Shown: positions 1-8,164 of the stretch, in pieces
How positions within the stretch are numbered: the stretch's first letter is position 1
Layout: each line of letters begins with the position of its first letter
Source: a virus
DNA: 41,156 nucleotides
Virus genome (UHGV): UHGV-0247579
Strand: one strand, 5' to 3'
Notes under the pieces: generated by a model
Database searches by the model: none
Told to the model about the DNA's origin: nothing
Seen by the model: only the letters and a program-made list of their open reading frames with translations
Made by a program: the position numbers and the translations under genes

Positions 1-600
1 AAAATCGATGACCTGGCGTACACCAAGATTGCAATCAACAGTCTGACTGCCACGAACAGCAGCAACGAAATCGGTGCGACAGTTACTGCATCTGATATTG
101 CATGGGCGTTAAATAAAGAGCCAAAAACACAGAAAATCAAATTTGGAGCAGAACAGGAGGAAATACTGGATAAAGCACTTCGAAAGAAATCTTATACAGG
201 AAAGTCTTTGAAAACAAATACCAACATTGTGCTGACAGTGACAGATGAGAGGGATGCAGTTGTATCCAGAACGGTTGGCATCACGTTCCAGCCAAAAGTA
301 TACTGGGGAAAAACTAACAAGGAACAGCTGGAAAATGCCGATATCCTGGCACTGGAAGGATCTTCATTAGCAGGTGGACGAGGACGCACATTTACGGTCA
401 ATGCAGGAGAAGGTGAAAAGATTGTTTACGCATTTCCGACATCCTTTGGAACGCCAATATTCAACGTGGGTGGATTTGACGGCGGATTTACAAAAGCGCA
501 GACATTGGAGTTTACCAACGCATCCGGATATAAGCAGAGCTATGACGTTTGGATGTCTGTAAACGCAGGTCTTGGAAACACAACAGTAACGGTAAAATAA
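1..600 (+). CDS. Tail fibre protein, C-terminal portion (5' end lies outside the window or wraps to 40992..41156)
   Basis: Frame 1 is open from nt 1 to the stop at 598-600, with no start codon before the TTG at 208, so the CDS enters the window already in progress. Its position immediately upstream of other fibre genes supports a tail-fibre role. The window-end ORF finishes ...SNDFSDEYKK on a complete codon and this ORF begins KIDDLAYTKIAI in phase. Confidence 0.6.
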   Translation, partial: KIDDLAYTKIAINSLTATNSSNEIGATVTASDIAWALNKEPKTQKIKFGAEQEEILDKALRKKSYTGKSLKTNTNIVLTVTDERDAVVSRTVGITFQPKVYWGKTNKEQLENADILALEGSSLAGGRGRTFTVNAGEGEKIVYAFPTSFGTPIFNVGGFDGGFTKAQTLEFTNASGYKQSYDVWMSVNAGLGNTTVTVK

Positions 601-613
601 GGAGGTTTGAAAG

Positions 614-811
614 ATGGCACAGAGTATTGACGGCGGTGTTACAATCGTCAACACCTTAACAGTAAAAAATAACGGGGATTACCCACTGGTCATGGCAGAA
701 AGCGTACAGCTTACGGAAGGAAAATCCGTAGAACAGAAGATTGGAGAACTGGAAGCAGGGGCAGGAAACGAAGTTATCACAGAAGACGAGATCAACGGAT
801 TATTTCAGTAA
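614..811 (+). CDS. Small tail-associated protein (65 aa) ending in ...EINGLFQ
   Basis: RBS AAGGAGG lies 8 nt upstream of the ATG. The C-terminal motif is shared with neighbouring tail genes. Confidence 0.5.
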   Translation: MAQSIDGGVTIVNTLTVKNNGDYPLVMAESVQLTEGKSVEQKIGELEAGAGNEVITEDEINGLFQ

Positions 812-829
812 TAAAGGAGAAGAAAGAAC

Positions 830-1549
830 ATGGCAAAATTTTTAGATTTCACAGGGCTTGGAACATTTAAAACGAAAATGCAGGAATGGGCAAATGGTGC
901 ATTTCGAAAGAAAACAGATAAGGTAGTCTCTACTGATGTTTTGTATAAATCAAAGCCGTTGGATGAGGCAATCAAAGCTGGAGAATTCAAAGGAGATAAA
1001 GGAGAGACTGGAGCAGTCGGACCCCAGGGGCCAGTAGGACCATCGGGACCGGCTGGAGCTAAAGGAGAACAGGGAATCCAGGGACCGCAAGGACCGGCAG
1101 GCGAAGCATTTAAAATCGCCAAAACATTTACATCTATAGCGGAAATGAATAAAGGATTTGCAACTGATGGAGTAAAAACCGGGCAATTCGTCATGATTGA
1201 CACAGGAAATGTACAGGATGCCGACAATGCAAAATTATACGTAAAAGGAGCCGAATCTTACACATACATTACAGACTTATCAGGAGCCACAGGTATGACA
1301 GGACCACAGGGACCACAGGGATTACAGGGTGCAACAGGTCCAGCAGGACCAGCGGGCGCAAAAGGAGAACAGGGAATCCAGGGACCAGCAGGAGCCAAAG
1401 GTGACAGAGGAGAAACAGGACCACAGGGACCTCAGGGATTAAAAGGCGAAAAAGGAGACGTTGGACCAATGGGACCACAGGGACCGGCTGGATCTGACGC
1501 AAATGTTCAGTCTATTACAAATTCCGAAATTGATGGTTTATTCTCATAA
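830..1549 (+). CDS. Collagen-like (Gly-X-Y) tail fibre protein
   Basis: Two long G-X-Y blocks ([39 protein letters not shown], and [70 protein letters not shown]). RBS AAGGAGAAG. The segment [23 protein letters not shown] is paralogous to the same motif in 39350..40447. Confidence 0.8.
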   Translation: MAKFLDFTGLGTFKTKMQEWANGAFRKKTDKVVSTDVLYKSKPLDEAIKAGEFKGDKGETGAVGPQGPVGPSGPAGAKGEQGIQGPQGPAGEAFKIAKTFTSIAEMNKGFATDGVKTGQFVMIDTGNVQDADNAKLYVKGAESYTYITDLSGATGMTGPQGPQGLQGATGPAGPAGAKGEQGIQGPAGAKGDRGETGPQGPQGLKGEKGDVGPMGPQGPAGSDANVQSITNSEIDGLFS

Positions 1550-1564
1550 GGCAGGTGACACGCA

Positions 1565-1783
1565 ATGCCGGAATTTTTAAAAAAGATATTTCGGGTGGGG
1601 GAGCAGAAAGCTTCCCCCAAAAAAGTACTGGACTATGCTGGGATGGGGTACACGGTGAAAAAGATGGATAACCGGTATGTATCGAAAAAAGATGTGCCGT
1701 ACAAATTTAAGTCCATGACGCAGTCGGAATATGACAGTTTGTGGTCTAAGGATAGCAATACGGTATATCTGATTATTGGATAG
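1565..1783 (+). CDS. Hypothetical phage protein (72 aa)
   Basis: ORF with ATG start inside the tail-fibre cluster. No recognisable domain. Confidence 0.4.
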   Translation: MPEFLKKIFRVGEQKASPKKVLDYAGMGYTVKKMDNRYVSKKDVPYKFKSMTQSEYDSLWSKDSNTVYLIIG

Positions 1784-1794
1784 GGGGCGAATGG

Positions 1795-3474
1795 ATGGGC
1801 GACGAGAACAAGGAGGAAATTATACCAAGATCGGCAGACTTTTCCGGATGGACTGGATATCAAATAATGGACGGGAATTCAAACTGCCGTGCTTGGGCAG
1901 ACTGGCAGACTTCACGTGTGTTTAGGAATGGGCAAGCTGGTTGGGATGTAAGAATTATCTTAAAAGCAAATAAAACAACCTCTTCACCGACATATGGAAC
2001 TGGTAATACGCAAGTTGGTGCTCATCAAACAAATTCTTCTGTAGATACAAAGTATATGACTATTGTGCAGAGTGAAACAACATTTCGAGATGAGACTTTA
2101 TTTGTTCCGGCAGAAGCTGGAGCAGATATATCACTCGGTGCATTTGCCAATATTCACATCCCAAATGTAGTGAGTAAAGGCATTAACTTTACAGTCACAG
2201 CAAAGAGAAATCTTTGGGGTGTTTATTTTGATGCAAACGGCGGAACTGGTGCACCTAGCATGATGAAAAGACATTGGGGAGAAATTGTATATATTCCATA
2301 TACCAAACCAACAAGACCTGGATATACATTCAAAGGATGGACTAAAAGCAAAGGATCGTCTACATTGCATTATAGCCCGGGGGATCCTATAGGAGATGAT
2401 TTTGATGTAACTTTATATGCCATATGGGGTCAAAATGTTACTAGAACATGGAGCATTACATATAATGCAAATGGTGGATATAACGCTCCGGCAAAACAAA
2501 CAGCTAACGTAGGTCAATCCATTACAATTACTTATTCAAAACCCACTCGTAGCGGATATACTTTTTTAGGCTGGTCTACATGGTCTGGAGCAACAGAACC
2601 AGAGTCCGCATATACACCTGGTTATTCATATATGTCTGAATATGACACAACATTATATGCAGTATGGAAACAAAATCAGGTCACGCAATACTCTTTGTCT
2701 TTTAATCTTCAAGGGGGAACAGGCGCATTTAATACTTTGTATGGAGGATATGGTGAACGGGTACAAATTCCATATACAACTCCAACAAAAAGCGGATACA
2801 CATTTAAAGGGTGGTCAACTTCATCAACAGGAAGTCCACAGTATCAACCAGGAGACTATTATACAATTTATAGAAACACGATTTTATACGCGATTTGGAG
2901 TGAATCTACACAGTATTGCACAATTACTTTCAATGCAAATGGCGGATCCGGTGCGCCGTCAAGCCAGCAGAAAATTATAGGAGAGCAAACTTACATTCCA
3001 TATACTAAACCAACAAGATCAGGTTATACTTTTTTAGGATGGTCTACATCATCGTGGGCGACATCCGCAGATTATCAACCAGGATCCGTTTACACCCCAT
3101 ATGGAAACATGACTTTTTACGCAGTATGGAAACAGAATGTAGTTCGGACTTGGAGCATTATATATGACGCGAATGGAGGAATAAATGCGCCAGAAAGGCA
3201 GACAGCGAATGTAGGTCAGTCGATTGTAATAACACATGATAAACCTACTCGTTCTGGCTATATATTTTTAGGATGGAACAGTTGGTCAGGGGCTACAGAA
3301 CCAGATACAATGTATAATCCTGGATATTCATACACTTCCGATAGTGATACAACATTGTATGCCATATGGGAAGAAGATAAAAAAATGTATCTTGGATATG
3401 ACCGTATTAGAAAAATTTATATTGGAAACAAACAGGTAACAGCGGCATACCTGGGAACGACAAAAATATGGTAA
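1795..3474 (+). CDS. Receptor-binding / tail fibre protein with about six Listeria-Bacteroides repeat (Flg_new, PF09479-type) domains
   Basis: Recurrent units of the form F(D/N)ANGG(T/S)GAP...(I/Y)PYTKPTR(S/P)GYTF(K/L)GW(S/T)...PG...TLYA(I/V)W. RBS GGGGGCG-AATGGATG. Confidence 0.8.
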   Translation: MGDENKEEIIPRSADFSGWTGYQIMDGNSNCRAWADWQTSRVFRNGQAGWDVRIILKANKTTSSPTYGTGNTQVGAHQTNSSVDTKYMTIVQSETTFRDETLFVPAEAGADISLGAFANIHIPNVVSKGINFTVTAKRNLWGVYFDANGGTGAPSMMKRHWGEIVYIPYTKPTRPGYTFKGWTKSKGSSTLHYSPGDPIGDDFDVTLYAIWGQNVTRTWSITYNANGGYNAPAKQTANVGQSITITYSKPTRSGYTFLGWSTWSGATEPESAYTPGYSYMSEYDTTLYAVWKQNQVTQYSLSFNLQGGTGAFNTLYGGYGERVQIPYTTPTKSGYTFKGWSTSSTGSPQYQPGDYYTIYRNTILYAIWSESTQYCTITFNANGGSGAPSSQQKIIGEQTYIPYTKPTRSGYTFLGWSTSSWATSADYQPGSVYTPYGNMTFYAVWKQNVVRTWSIIYDANGGINAPERQTANVGQSIVITHDKPTRSGYIFLGWNSWSGATEPDTMYNPGYSYTSDSDTTLYAIWEEDKKMYLGYDRIRKIYIGNKQVTAAYLGTTKIW

Positions 3475-3484
3475 GGAGACGAGA

Positions 3485-3766
3485 ATGACGGAAAATGAAG
3501 TAGAAGTGAAACTTGCAGAGCACGGAAAAGAAATCGGCTCTCTAAAACACCGAATGAAAGAAGCAGAGGACGTTGTTAATGTGGTGCACCAGCTGGCGCA
3601 AGAAATGGTTGGGCTGACCAAAGAGGTCGGATTTATGAACCAAACTCTTGTGCAGCTGACCGCAAAAGTGACACATCTTGAGCAGACTCCGGCCAGACGA
3701 TGGGATGGAGTTGTAACCGCACTGATCGGAGCAGTTATCGGAGCGGTAGTAACAATGTATTTTTAA
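3485..3766 (+). CDS. XhlA-family lysis-associated membrane protein (haemolysin XhlA-like)
   Basis: 93 aa with an N-terminal coiled coil and a single C-terminal TM (GVVTALIGAVIGAVVTMYF). It sits immediately upstream of the holin, as in PBSX-type lysis cassettes. RBS AAGGAGACGAGAATG. Confidence 0.55.
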   Translation: MTENEVEVKLAEHGKEIGSLKHRMKEAEDVVNVVHQLAQEMVGLTKEVGFMNQTLVQLTAKVTHLEQTPARRWDGVVTALIGAVIGAVVTMYF

Positions 3767-3777
3767 GGAGAAAGAAT

Positions 3778-4071
3778 ATGGATCAGATTATGAATTATGT
3801 AAAACCAGAATTGATTGTTGTAGCAGTAGTACTGTATTTTATTGGAATGGGATTAAAACAGTCTCAGACAGTAAAGGATAAGTACATCCCGCTTATTTTA
3901 GGAGGTATTGGCATTGTGTTATGTGCAGTGTGGGTGATTGCATCTTGCCCCATCAGTACTGGGCAGGAGATCGCAATGGCGGTATTTACGGCGATTATGC
4001 AGGGGATTTTAACAGCCGGATTGAGTACATACGTGAATCAGACCATTAAGCAGATTGGGAAGAAAGAATAA
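3778..4071 (+). CDS. Phage holin
   Basis: 98 aa with three predicted TM helices. RBS AAGGAGAAAGAATATG. Internal ATG chosen (M27 of the track ORF 3700..4071). Located between the XhlA-like gene and the endolysin. Confidence 0.7.
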   Translation: MDQIMNYVKPELIVVAVVLYFIGMGLKQSQTVKDKYIPLILGGIGIVLCAVWVIASCPISTGQEIAMAVFTAIMQGILTAGLSTYVNQTIKQIGKKE

Positions 4072-4098
4072 AACACGTATAAATATGTGCAAAAACTG

Positions 4099-4128
4099 TT
4101 GACACACGTGCTGACACGTGCTATAATA
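4099..4128 (+). promoter_or_regulatory. Near-consensus sigma-70-type promoter of hicAB, with tandem CACGTG-containing repeats in the spacer (putative operator)
   Basis: TTGACA -35, an 18-bp spacer cacgtgctgacacgtgct (direct repeat GACACGTGCT x2) and TATAAT -10. RBS GGAGG and the ATG at 4150 follow. Coordinates approximate. Confidence 0.6.
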
Positions 4129-4149
4129 ATACCATGAAAGGAGGAAATA

Positions 4150-4335
4150 ATGAAAACATCAGAACTTGTTAAAATACTCAAGAAGAATGGCTGTTTTTTC
4201 GTGGAACATGGTAAAGAGCATGATAAGTGGCACAGCGATTTAACCGGAAAGGATGTGCGAATCCCAAGACATAAAAGTAAGGAAATCCCGACCGGAACAG
4301 CGGACAGAATACTAAAGGATGTTGGGCTGAAATAA
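4150..4335 (+). CDS. hicA: Type II toxin HicA (mRNA interferase)
   Basis: 61 aa with the YcfA/HicA-like signature ...FVEHGKEHDKWHSDLTGKDVRIPRHKSKEIP.GTADRILKDVGL. Confidence 0.85.
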   Translation: MKTSELVKILKKNGCFFVEHGKEHDKWHSDLTGKDVRIPRHKSKEIPTGTADRILKDVGLK

Positions 4336-4375
4336 GCCCAATCCTTTGATGAGATAATATAAGGAGGTCAACAGA

Positions 4376-4777
4376 ATGGCAAAATACGTATATCCAGCAG
4401 TGTTTACACCAGAGGAAGATGGGAAATATTCGGTGTTTTTTCCAGATTTAGATGGGTGCTATACTTGCGGAGATGATCTGCAGGATGCAATTGTAATGGC
4501 GGAGGATGTGCTTGCATTTTATCTTTATGATGAAGAAGTAGCACAGAACGAAATACCAAAATCATCTACTACTGCAGAAATTGAATTAAAAGATGGAGAA
4601 TTTGTGAATTATATCGCATGCGATACCATTGAATACGCAAAAATGCATAATAATCGGGCGGTAAAGAAAACACTGACAATACCCGAATGGTTGAACGAAG
4701 CTGCGACGAGAGCAGGAGTGAATTATTCGCAGGTGCTTCAGGAAGCGCTAATGAGTAAATTGAATATAAGTAGATAA
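4376..4777 (+). CDS. hicB: Type II antitoxin HicB with C-terminal DNA-binding (RHH-like) tail
   Basis: 133 aa. N-terminus is HicB-like (YPAVF.PEEDGKYSVFFPDLDGCYTCGDDLQDAIVMAEDVLA). C-terminus reads TLTIPEWLNEAATRAGVNYSQVLQEAL. Sits directly downstream of hicA. Confidence 0.85.
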   Translation: MAKYVYPAVFTPEEDGKYSVFFPDLDGCYTCGDDLQDAIVMAEDVLAFYLYDEEVAQNEIPKSSTTAEIELKDGEFVNYIACDTIEYAKMHNNRAVKKTLTIPEWLNEAATRAGVNYSQVLQEALMSKLNISR

Positions 4778-4780
4778 TTT

Positions 4781-4810
4781 AAGAGAGCTTGGAAACAGGC
4801 TCTCTTTTAT
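4781..4810 (+). terminator. Rho-independent terminator after hicB
   Basis: Hairpin AAGAGAGC-ttggaaacag-GCTCTCTT followed by TTTTATT. Approximate coordinates. Confidence 0.55.
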
Positions 4811-4828
4811 TGTGCGACATCGCACGGA
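4810..4828. repeat. 19-bp repeat TTGTGCGACATCGCACGGA containing the 14-bp perfect palindrome GTGCGACATCGCAC (copy 1 of 2 identical copies; copy 2 at 5110..5128)
   Basis: The 19-mers are identical and exactly 300 bp apart. Each is followed by a Shine-Dalgarno sequence and an ATG (4843 and 5141). Confidence 0.7.
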
Positions 4829-4842
4829 AAGGAGTTAAAATC

Positions 4843-5109
4843 ATGGGAAGCAAGGAATTTTTAAACATTTGCAAGGCAAAGGTAGCAGATTATTTTAACC
4901 AGAATAAAGACAAGACTGATACATCTGACAACATGACGGTAGATGATGTATTTGTGGTTTGGTATTGTAAGACACTGCAAAATCACAAGGCGCTGCTTAG
5001 TACGCCGGTAAGTGATGGAATGTATTATGAGATCACTTACAGTGGAGATAAGAATGAGATCTACTTTGATGCTTATAAAAAGTGGGAAAACATTAAATTT
5101 GATATGTAA
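4843..5109 (+). CDS. Hypothetical protein (88 aa) flanked by the 19-bp palindromic repeats
   Basis: RBS AAAGGAG 9 nt upstream of the ATG at 4843. Lies within the track ORF 4789..5109. Confidence 0.5.
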   Translation: MGSKEFLNICKAKVADYFNQNKDKTDTSDNMTVDDVFVVWYCKTLQNHKALLSTPVSDGMYYEITYSGDKNEIYFDAYKKWENIKFDM

Positions 5110-5128
5110 TTGTGCGACATCGCACGGA
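5110..5128. repeat. Second copy of the 19-bp TTGTGCGACATCGCACGGA repeat
   Basis: Identical to 4810..4828. Followed by GGAGGAGG and the ATG at 5141. Confidence 0.7.
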
Positions 5129-5140
5129 GGAGGTGAGATC

Positions 5141-5230
5141 ATGAGCGAACAGAACGAATTTGGAAGAACAACAGCAGAAGAACTGGAAAAAGCGTTTGAA
5201 GTAGAAGAACAGGAGAAAGAGAAAGAATGA
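5141..5230 (+). CDS. Tiny acidic ORF (29 aa, MSEQNEFGRTTAEELEKAFEVEEQEKEKE) translationally coupled to the endolysin
   Basis: Strong RBS GGAGGAGG. Its stop overlaps the endolysin ATG (ATGA). Below typical gene-calling length, so speculative. Confidence 0.3.
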   Translation: MSEQNEFGRTTAEELEKAFEVEEQEKEKE

Positions 5231-5964
5231 GTATCTGTAGAGGAATTGCCGGCAGGAGAGGGATGAATCCAGTCGGTATTTTTATCCACAACGGGGCAGA
5301 CAGCCAGAACGCAACATCGGAATACTATAAAAACTACTTGCAGAGAGCGAACTTGGAGAATGGATTTGCGCATTATTATGTTTGTAGTGATGGAATTCTG
5401 CAAGCAGAGGATGATTCAAACTGCGCTTGGCATTGCGGCGACTTAAACGGAAATCTTAATTTCTTGGGAATAGAAGTCTGCCAGAGTATGGGCGATCTGA
5501 ATGTATTTAAAGCGAATGAGGAAAAAGCATTACAGTTGGCAGCACAGAAGTGCAAGCAGTATGGAATTACACCAAGTGCAAGCACGATCATGCTGCATCA
5601 GGAGGTGTTTGCAACCGCTTGTCCGCACAGATCAGTGGAGATTCACGGCGGCGCAGCGCAGACAAAAGCCTATTTTATTAACCGTATCAAGGAGCTTATG
5701 AACGGAAACCAAAGCACAACAACAGATCAGGAAGGAGAAGAGACTATGCAGTGTATGTTTACGGTGAAAGGAAAAGGATGTGTTTATTGGATGCATGATG
5801 GAGTGGTTACAGCTTTAGCACACCCTGACGAGTTAAAAATCATTCAGCAAATTTATAAGGATAACTATGGACATGATATGCCATGTTACAGTTGGAGCAA
5901 GCCAGCGCCATGGCATACTAGGCTGATGGAACCATTATATCGTGAACCCGTAAAATCTATTTAA
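5227..5964 (+). CDS. Endolysin: N-acetylmuramoyl-L-alanine amidase (Amidase_2/PGRP fold) with an unassigned about 80-aa C-terminal domain
   Basis: PGRP-type motifs are present (...GIFIHNGADSQNATSEYY...HYYVCSDG...WHCGD..N...LGIEVCQ...). It is the last gene of the lysis cassette. Confidence 0.85.
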   Translation: MSICRGIAGRRGMNPVGIFIHNGADSQNATSEYYKNYLQRANLENGFAHYYVCSDGILQAEDDSNCAWHCGDLNGNLNFLGIEVCQSMGDLNVFKANEEKALQLAAQKCKQYGITPSASTIMLHQEVFATACPHRSVEIHGGAAQTKAYFINRIKELMNGNQSTTTDQEGEETMQCMFTVKGKGCVYWMHDGVVTALAHPDELKIIQQIYKDNYGHDMPCYSWSKPAPWHTRLMEPLYREPVKSI

Positions 5965-5967
5965 TAA

Positions 5968-6000
5968 AAATCCCCTCGGAGATTAGATCTCTGAGGGGTG
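5968..6000 (+). terminator. Stem-loop terminator after the endolysin
   Basis: CCCCTCGGAGAT-tag-ATCTCTGAGGGG, a 12-bp stem with one G.T pair, preceded by an A-rich tract. Probably bidirectional. Confidence 0.5.
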
Positions 6001-6216
6001 AATATTGTATCATTTTCGTGTATATTTATAATATGTAGAAATATTATAGGTTGTTGTTATTTGGTGGACCGGACGGGGAGCTCGCTGCATCAATGCGGTA
6101 TTTATCTCAGCGGTATACCATGCCATATAAAGAGGTGACCGCAACACTTACGGATATCGGCACGGAGGAATACGCTCGTAGAAGATGCAACTAATGAATA
6201 GAATCCGAAAGCACCA

Positions 6217-7749
6217 TTATTTCGGTACTTTCGGGTACACATCAATCATAAATTCAGAGTTTTTCTGGTTCTTTTTATTCCGTTTTGTTTTGGTCAGTAC
6301 AATCCGGTCGATCAGTTTCCTTAAAGCGCTGTTCTTTTCCGGGATAGTCAGGGAGTTCCATTCGCTTAACAAGTTCTTGCACTTCGGGACAAAATTCTTT
6401 CGATTTGCCTGCCTCGCAATCGTAGTATGTAAATCTTCCTGGGCAGCAGTGATATTGTTCATGCAGTCTCTGATCCGCTGTTCCAGTGCATTGGATCGTT
6501 CAATGAAAATCTCTTTCGTGTAAATTCCCTGCTCTAAAAAATCAAATAAGGATTCTCTCTGCTTCAAAAGCGTCTGATGTTCAGTCTCAAAATTTGTGAC
6601 GATCAATTCTTTTGCGGCAATGGCAGCAGTATCTTCCTCATGAGTGTCAGAAAATTCATACTTGGCTATGTAGTCTTTCAGCCATCCCAGAAGAGCTTCT
6701 TCCAGTTCATCAATCCGTATTCCGACCGTGGAACATTCGGTATACTGGCAGATCAGCACATCATAGGGCGTTTTCGTCTGCGCTTTCTTGCGGACCATAA
6801 GCCGGCCGCATTGCGAGCATCTGACCAGACCTGCAAATAAATTTTGGATCGGTCTGTCATTTCTGACCGGAGAGGAAAAACAGCCTTTTGGTTGATTTGC
6901 ACGTTTGAACAGGTCTGCGCTGATGCGTGGCTCCCATGCTGCATCTGCGAGAATATAATCCGTAGCATTCGGCCGGGACTTTACCACACGACCATCCTTT
7001 ACGGCTCTGACTGTCTTACGATATCCCCAACGGACTTTCCCAATGTTTGCCGGATTTGAGATGATACCCTTGAGGGTGGAGGGAGAGAACGGCTTTCCGC
7101 TCCTTGCAAGGATTCCCATATTGGACATATAGGTACAGGCTTTTTGGTATCCGTACTGCTTATTTCCACACAGATCATACATCAGATCGAGAACCGGAGC
7201 TTCTGTCTGGCTGGGAGTAAGAGAGTAGTGTTTTCCATCTGGTGCAATGATACGCTCCCATCCATAAGGAGCAACATTGCCAACGTAATAACCATCAGAA
7301 CTGGAACGTTCCCTGCCGCGCTGCATCCGGCGTTTAATTGTTGCGTATTCCCGGCGGCTCATGAATAAGCTGAACTCAAAATATTCATTGTCATATTCAT
7401 TAGCTGGGTCGTAGGTTTTATTCGGTGTTACAATCCGGGTGCCGGAATAGAAAAATGCACGCTGCACACGCCCCTGATCGATCGTATCACCTCTGGCCAG
7501 ACGATCTACGTCCATTACGAGGGCGCCATCCCACATACAGGCTTCTACCTCAGAGAGGACTTGCGTCATGACTGGTCGGGCATCGATACTGTCTCCGGAC
7601 ACAACTTCCCGGTAAATCGCACCGATCGGAAGAGAAAGCGTTTTGGCCAACTCCAATAGAGTGGTAATGTGGCGTTCCAGGACATCGATACCGAGTGCTT
7701 CCAGTTCAGCGTCTTTTCTGGATTTTCTGGCATAGATAAAATAAGACAT
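6217..7749 (-). CDS. Large serine recombinase (phage integrase)
   Basis: 510 aa. N-terminal resolvase catalytic domain (YARKSRKD...RLARG), a recombinase domain, a zinc ribbon (CSQCGRLM...CQYTEC) and a C-terminal coiled coil. Confidence 0.9.
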   Translation of the reverse strand: MSYFIYARKSRKDAELEALGIDVLERHITTLLELAKTLSLPIGAIYREVVSGDSIDARPVMTQVLSEVEACMWDGALVMDVDRLARGDTIDQGRVQRAFFYSGTRIVTPNKTYDPANEYDNEYFEFSLFMSRREYATIKRRMQRGRERSSSDGYYVGNVAPYGWERIIAPDGKHYSLTPSQTEAPVLDLMYDLCGNKQYGYQKACTYMSNMGILARSGKPFSPSTLKGIISNPANIGKVRWGYRKTVRAVKDGRVVKSRPNATDYILADAAWEPRISADLFKRANQPKGCFSSPVRNDRPIQNLFAGLVRCSQCGRLMVRKKAQTKTPYDVLICQYTECSTVGIRIDELEEALLGWLKDYIAKYEFSDTHEEDTAAIAAKELIVTNFETEHQTLLKQRESLFDFLEQGIYTKEIFIERSNALEQRIRDCMNNITAAQEDLHTTIARQANRKNFVPKCKNLLSEWNSLTIPEKNSALRKLIDRIVLTKTKRNKKNQKNSEFMIDVYPKVPK

Positions 7750-7936
7750 TGTATCACACTCCTATATAATTGTATTAAAAAAAAGGTACAAAAATAACAG
7801 CCAACACAAGAACGAATGTTCTGGATTGTATAGCTGTTCCGAAGATGATACAATATTCTTGGTCAAAATATGTGCATATCTTCGGATGTGTAGACCGTCT
7901 CAGTGTTGGTAGCACTGGGGCGGTATTTTTTTACGC

Positions 7937-8164
7937 CTATGCTGCTTTGTTATAATCGACTACTGCAAACTCGGTCAGCATAGTTTTGAGTTTTTCCAGA
8001 ATAGTTTCAATTTTCTTCAGGGTAACACCATTCAGATATTCTTCGCCACATTGAGTACATTTTTTACAAGGAACATTCTTGATGATAATGTAACAATTGT
8101 TATATTCTGTCATATAAGTCGTTGTAGATTCTTCTACATTACCTTTACATGTAAAACACATCAT
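7937..8164 (-). CDS. YgiT-type (MqsA-like) zinc-finger protein, putative antitoxin
   Basis: 75 aa with C..C....C..C (CFTCKG...CKKCTQCGEEY), matching the YgiT-type zinc-finger family. 4-nt overlap with the upstream DUF4258 gene. Confidence 0.6.
   Translation of the reverse strand: MMCFTCKGNVEESTTTYMTEYNNCYIIIKNVPCKKCTQCGEEYLNGVTLKKIETILEKLKTMLTEFAVVDYNKAA

Noticed and set aside
805-1502. Antisense ORFs 805..1227(-), 950..1186(-) and 1269..1502(-) overlapping the collagen-like gene
   Set aside because: They are reverse-strand reading frames of a Gly-X-Y repeat (Pro/Leu/Val-rich low-complexity translations) with no RBS. The sense-strand gene is coherent.
4812-4825. GTGCGACATCGCAC palindrome as an intrinsic transcription terminator
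   Set aside because: A 6-bp stem with a 2-nt loop and no U-tract is not a plausible RNA terminator. A real terminator hairpin sits just upstream at 4781..4810. A DNA-binding site explanation fits better.
6185-7368. ORFs 6185..6523(+), 6577..6840(+), 6844..7059(+) and 7144..7368(+) opposite the integrase
   Set aside because: They lie entirely within the well-supported serine recombinase gene on the other strand. No RBS and no conservation signals.
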